64,000 bases of DNA from the human T2T-CHM13v2.0 reference genome, Homo sapiens, in NCBI RefSeq assembly GCF_009914755.1, contig NC_060941.1. One strand, 5' to 3'. The notes beneath the pieces were generated by a model, which was not told the DNA's origin, did no database searches, and was given only the letters and a program-made list of their open reading frames with translations. Positions 58,318 to 64,000 of the stretch are shown here, one piece after another (the first letter of the stretch is position 1; each line of letters begins with the position of its first letter). A program made the position numbers and the translations under genes.

Positions 58318-58742
58318 AGCTGGGCACAGTAGTTCATGCCTATTGTCCCAGCACTTTGGGAGGCTGATATGGGAGGATCACTTGAGCCCAGGAGTTCAAG
58401 GCCAGCCAGGGCTTGGAAGATAAACCTGGCAGCTCCCGAGGCCAGCCATGCCTCCACCATGCCAGCCTTCCTCTGGCCCAGGCTAGTGACTCAGGCCAAC
58501 GTTGGAAGGCCCACCAGGAGAGGATTCCACCTATCATAGTGTGACCCTGTCTCTACAAAAAATACGAAAATTTAAAAATTAGCTGGATGTGGTGGCATGC
58601 ACCTGTAGTCCCAGCTACTCAGGAGGCTGAGGTGAGAGGATCACTTGAGCTCAGGAGGTTGAGGCTGCAGTGAGCCATGATCGCACTGCTGCACTCCAGC
58701 CTGGGTGACAAAGCGAGACCCTGTCTCAAAAAAAAAAAAAAA
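58318..58742 (+). repeat. AluJ-like element carrying a 125-bp non-Alu insert (58410-58534)
   Basis: Alu left arm interrupted between ...CCAGGGC and CATAGTG...; the insert is about 94% identical to 60564-60688. Confidence 0.92.
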
Positions 58743-59223
58743 TTACATAATTCAAATCTGTGTTAAATGACACCTGTCCTTTAGTGATCAAAGGAGCAGA
58801 AAGTCCAGTTCCTTCTGTGTTCTGGGTGGGCTCGTTCCCTTGTAGAAATGTCCCTCTGTGCTGGCAACAGGATATGGTTGCCATTCAGCTCCTGGCCAGC
58901 CTGGGGCACAGGTCAATGTCATGGTCCCAGCTCATGAGGAATCCGGAAGAAAAAGATTTGTGGCTTTACACTGCTGCAATTTTTCAGTTCTTTGCTAATC
59001 TGCATTCACTTTTGAGCTCGTGTAAATTGCAGAAGAAGAGGGAAGTCACTGTTTGAAATAAGAATGGAACTATTATCAGCAAATACTTTGGGCACTTACT
59101 ATACAGTTAGCCCTTCATGTGTATTAACAAGTTCATCCTCACAGCCCTGCGAGGTCCTGGGGAGGGCACAAGTACATAAATCATGTCCCAGGGAGTCAGG
59201 CTTTGGATCAAAGTGGTACTTAC

Positions 59224-59293
59224 ACAGATGGCCTCAAACACGTGAAAGACACTATAAACCGGCAAGACCTGGCTCACCAGGGCAATGACATCT
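59224..59293 (-). CDS. SLC47A2: SLC47A2 exon 13 (EDVIALVSQVLPVYSVFHVFEAIC)
   Basis: CTGCAG acceptor, TGT|GTAAGT donor, 70 nt. Confidence 0.95.
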
Positions 59294-59710
59294 CTGCAGA
59301 AGAAATGAGAAAGCATTAAGACACAGATGTATCCTTTGAGACCCATTTATATCCCTTCTATTCCACACCCCACCCCCACAAGAAAAAGCTTTGGAATAGA
59401 GGTAGTTGCCCCACACAAATGTAACTGGCACTGCTAGCCCAGAGTTTTCTGTGTCTGTGGGTCACACCTAAAACTTCAGAAGAGCCCCCACAATTTTGGA
59501 CTGCCCTTCAATTAGCCTCTTGTCTATGGACAGGCACTAAAGGCCTGGGGTGGATAGACAGAAGTTGGCTTCCTCTCAGTGAGAGCCAAGCCTGGGCTCT
59601 TCCTGCTTCCTTTGGGCCCAGCACTGAGCCAGGAATGTGATAAATCTGAGGACACACTGGGAACCACTTTGACATTTTCCAAGAGTCAGCACAGAAAACT
59701 GATTACCTAC

Positions 59711-59786
59711 TCATCATTGGTAAAAATATGCCCCAGCTGATTTTTCAGGATGCTTATCAGGGTGCCCAGGACCAGGGAAATGCCAA
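59711..59786 (-). CDS. SLC47A2: SLC47A2 exon 12 (VGISLVLGTLISILKNQLGHIFTNDE)
   Basis: TTCCAG acceptor, GA|GTAGGT donor, 76 nt; IFTND motif. Confidence 0.95.
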
Positions 59787-60688
59787 CTGGAAGAGACAAA
59801 AGGTGCAGCAATGACAGACCCCAAGCCAGGAAGCACCCTTGCTCAGATCAGCAAAGGGCTGGCCCCTATGTCAGTGCAAGTCAGCCCAGCCCTCTGCAAC
59901 CAGGTGCCTTTTGTCACAGGCCTTCATGTCCCCCGCATCTGAGGCGTTCATTTGGGCTAGACAGTCTTGTAGGAAGGGCAGTGTGGAAAATGCTTCCACT
60001 CCAGTGGTTCTCAGAGTGGGCGGCACGCTGGCGCAGCAGCATTAGCATCACGTGGGAACTTGTTAGAAACAGATTCTCAGACCCTGCCTCCGACCTGCTG
60101 AACCAAAGCCTGCTGGTGAGGCCCAGCAATCTGTGACCAGCCCTCCAAGGGGATTCCAGCGCAGGCTACAGCCTAAGAACCACTGCTTTCTACAGGGAAG
60201 CCGGTCTGAGCCTTCCAGTCTCAGAAAGCACAGCCATGATGTCAGAGGACATGAGTGGCTCCTTCTCCAGAGTGGGTTGGCAGCTGCCAAGCTCATGGGG
60301 GTGCTGGGAGGGCCAGGCCTGCAGAAGGACTCTGGACAGCTGGAAGGAGAGTGCTGGGCAGGAAGGGCCGTCAAAGAGTCAGGGTTTGCTCTAAGGTAAG
60401 TGGTAGAAGCCAGCTGTCTCCAGAAGAGTCCCAGAATCACAGCAGCAGGGAAGGAGTGAGTGGGGATGGGGAGAAAGTGGTGGGAGGGACGCCTGCTGCT
60501 CAGGGAGGGGCAGCTGTCAGCTTATCAGCAGAGGCTGACCTGGGTCAGATGGCAGGTCCAGCAGGCTTGGAAGATAAACCTGGCAGCTCCCGAGGCCAGC
60601 CCTGCCTCCAGCATGCCAGCCTTCCTGTGGCCCAGGCTGGTGACTCAGGCCAACGTTTGAAGGCCCACCAGGAGAGGACTCCACCTAC

Positions 60689-60797
60689 CTATGCTGAGCA
60701 CGCCCGAGACGGCCGAGCGCTTGGCCTGCACAGTATCCGCAGCCCCCAGAGCCATCCCCACTCGGACACAGACCCCGATGCTGAGCCCCAAGGGAAT
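60689..60797 (-). CDS. SLC47A2: SLC47A2 exon 11 (IPLGLSIGVCVRVGMALGA...SGVLSI)
   Basis: CCCAG acceptor, TAG|GTAGGT donor, 109 nt; VRVGxxLGA MATE motif. Confidence 0.96.
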
Positions 60798-61256
60798 CTG
60801 GGATCAAAGATAAGAAAGCACTGTCAGTGGGCCCACCCTCCAACCCCTGAAGTCCTGAGCCAGCCTGGGCCAAGAGGGACGTGAGCGGGAAGGCAGAGCA
60901 GATCTCAGGCATGCAGTGTAAGAGGCACGTCACATTCTTGCTGCTGACAATGAGGCAGGGAGGGCTGGGGCTGGGAGAAGGGTGGGGGTACCCCCAGTGA
61001 CACAGCCAGTCCCACCACCACCTGCGCCATCAGAAGCAGCACAGGCAGGCGGGCCTTGCAACCGAAATCACTGTGTTGTCCAAATCAAATGAGTAAACAG
61101 ATTTTAAAGAGGTGACTGTGGTCTTAGTCCCAGAAAAGCTCCCTGTAAGAAAAAAGATATTTCAGCAGAAACCACTTGTAAAAATAAGAATCTCTAAATT
61201 GATTTTGTAATGTAGATTTTTGTGACTCCTTTGCTTAAAGCTGGGGTCAGGGATAA

Positions 61257-61664
<408 letters not shown>

Positions 61665-62054
61665 TGAACTCCTGGCTTTGTGATCCGCCCTCAGCCTCCC
61701 AAAGTACTGGGATTACACACGTGAGCCACTGCGCCCAGCCTGGAATGTGCATTTTTAAAGAAAATCCAAAAATAAGATTGTGATGTGAAATCTCCCAATT
61801 TTAAAATGATACTAATTAATTTTTAAAATTCCAACATCTGTGAGTGAAATATCACCCTTGGTCGTCAGGTTGTGGGCACCTGTGTGTGAGTCCTGGCGTA
61901 AGCTGAGCAGGGTCTGGACCTGGTGGGCACGAGAGGCCCGGGGAGGGTCCTTCGGGAGACAGAGATAGCTTCAGGTGACAGCCTGCCCCCCTCCTATGAC
62001 ACCTCCAGCCATCAGGTGGGGGATGTGGGGAAGGCACCCCTGCAGGAGCCTTAC

Positions 62055-62122
62055 CATGTAGGTCACAGTGGCCACCTCGTAGATGACAGCCTGGGCAGAG
62101 AGATCCACCACACTGAGCAGCC
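62055..62122 (-). CDS. SLC47A2: SLC47A2 exon 10 (GLLSVVDLSAQAVIYEVATVTYM)
   Basis: TCTCTAG acceptor, ATG|GTAAGG donor, 68 nt. Confidence 0.95.
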
Positions 62123-62383
62123 CTAGAGAAGAGGCCCGCCGTGAGTCCGGCCCGCAGCCCCAGACACCCAGACCCTGCGCCGACAGGACGCTGCTTTGCT
62201 TTGGGGACTCAGGGGCTTTTTTTTTTTTTCTTCCTTGAGACAGGGTCTCACTCTGTCGCTTGAGCTGGAGTGCAGTGGCGCAATTATAGCTCACTGCAGC
62301 CTCCACCTCCTGGCTTAGGTGATCCTCCCACCTCAGGCCCCCAAGTAGCTGGGACTACAGGTGGTGCCACCACACCCAGCTAA

Positions 62384-62506
<123 letters not shown>

Positions 62507-63145
62507 TGAGCCCGGCTGATTTTGAAGGGCAGATTGGTAACAATGACAACAAAAAGACATTCCTGCCTGGCCTTCAGCCTGTTAGGAAAATTCTGCCCAG
62601 TGCCCCGGAGGCCCCTGCAGGCTTCCCTGTGTGGTCTGTCTTTCCAGATGAACTCAGGGTGGCAGTGTGAGGGAGGGGACAGAGAACAGGACCAGGGTCC
62701 GGCAACTCGAGTTCGGTTCTTGGCCCTCCCACTGATTTTCTATTTGTGGAGTTCCTGTGTTCTTGGGGCCCCGTTTTCTCATCTGCAAATGCGGGGCAGG
62801 GCAGGGGTTCTCACATTCAGGCTGCCTGGAGTCCTCACTTCACCGAGTGCTCTAATGAGCACACACAAGGCAGCAGGTGGGAGCCTCACACTGGCAAGCC
62901 TGGACCTCTGCTCACACCCGCAAACCAACTGAATCTCTCACTCCTCCGTGCCTCAGCCACCTCCCACGGGCACCTGCTCTGCCTGGCCCATGCTGGGATT
63001 CAGGCACAAAAGGCCCAAGTCTGCCTCCTGGATGCTCACAGCCTACTGGGGAGGCAGACCAGCAACAGACGGATCAGCCCCGCTGGGCAGTGGTGTTCTC
63101 TGGGTCCAAGCCTGAGGGCCTGGCCAGTGAAGCTGGAAGGGGGCT

Positions 63146-63230
63146 GGTGAGCTGCCATCCTGGGGAGGGGGCTTCTGGGATGGGTGAGCCGCCATCCTGG
63201 GGAGGGGGCTTCTGGGCTGGGTGAGCCGCC
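63146..63230. repeat. 37-bp G-rich tandem repeat (about 2.3 copies) in SLC47A2 intron 9
   Basis: GGTGAGCYGCCATCCTGGGGAGGGGGCTTCTGGGMTG units start at 63146, 63183 and 63220. Confidence 0.9.
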
Positions 63231-63266
63231 CACACGCCATTGCGCCCCCCATCCTCTTCCACGTAC

Positions 63267-63380
63267 CCATGAGGAAGCTCCCGATCTCATAGGCCCACCA
63301 CTCAACACAGATCATGAGCATGCTGGGGACAGCCAGGGAGAAGAAGGGGCCCCAGTCCTGCAGGCACTGGCTGGACCAAC
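63267..63380 (-). CDS. SLC47A2: SLC47A2 exon 9 (GWSSQCLQDW...MLMICVEWWAYEIGSFLMG)
   Basis: TTTCCAG acceptor, G|GTACGT donor, 114 nt; EWWxxE MATE motif. Earlier exons lie beyond the window. Confidence 0.96.
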
Positions 63381-64000
63381 CTGGAAACAGAGGCCCCATG
63401 AGCTGACAGCCTGCCCTGCTTGCCCACCTCATTCCTGCTCCCCACTGCCAGGAGGCCCCTAAACCCCTTTGGCTCTTCCTGCTCTGGGGCTTAGCAGGCT
63501 CAGGCACTGGGCATTTTGCAGAGGGAATGCAGCTGGTCTAGAGCTGGTGTTGGGGCCTACGGAGGAGGAGGATGCAGGAACAGGGCACCAGGCTCACCTG
63601 GCCAGTCCACGGTGTGGCCCCAGGGCTCAGGGCATGGGTGTTGGTCCCCACTCCACCACCCACCACTCTGCAGGCTCCATTTCCATCTGAAAACCCCAGG
63701 CCTTATAGCTGCCCTGCCTCCCTGGGGAGTTTTCAGAGGCGGCATGAGATCAAGGATGCTGAAGGGAAACACACCACAGGTGCACTGGGCAAGCTTGGAA
63801 GGGGCTCAGCCAGGGCCCTGCCCCACATGAGGCCCCAGGGGCCTGCAGAGCTGTTCCTGAAATGCCTGGCAGGAGAAGGTCCTTGTATGGGATTGGCTCT
63901 CAAGAGGCAGAAAAGGACAGGCAGGCCCCTACACGCCTGCTGTTTCAGCAAATTACTTAACCTCCGTCTGTCATAATCTCCTCTTTGTAAAATGGGGCTA

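Noticed and set aside
60255-60884. 209-aa + strand ORF
   Set aside because: GC-rich, antisense to SLC47A2 exon 11, no recognisable domain.

Overview
This is primate, almost certainly human, genomic DNA: it is Alu-rich and carries an SVA and an LTR12. I recognise it as the ALDH3A2 / SLC47A2 locus (17p11.2). On the + strand it holds the complete fatty aldehyde dehydrogenase gene ALDH3A2: a CpG-island promoter, 10 coding exons from ATG 5594 to TGA 32191 (485 aa), the alternative exon 9' (29770-29894) giving a 508-aa isoform with a basic tail, and a 3' UTR to about 34.2 kb. On the - strand it holds the last nine exons of the MATE2 transporter gene SLC47A2 (63380 down to stop 35305), arranged tail-to-tail with ALDH3A2. 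I checked every exon by hand for GT-AG boundaries and reading-frame phase. The rest is mostly nested repeats: dozens of Alus, two interleaved L1s, a spliced SVA, a solo LTR12 inside an Alu, a MER4-group ERV remnant, and Y4 and U2 retrocopies. Nearly all ORFs in the supplied track are Alu or GC-rich artefacts. The most unusual observation is a 125-bp copy of the 5' end of SLC47A2 intron 11, pasted into an Alu 2 kb away and ending at the splice donor, which suggests break repair templated by an excised intron RNA. Other points of interest are the SVA whose internal deletion follows splice sites and which could trap ALDH3A2 read-through, a tailless U2 retropseudogene, and several smaller templated-insertion scars in the same intron. 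Repeat subfamily names come from remembered consensus sequences, not from a search.
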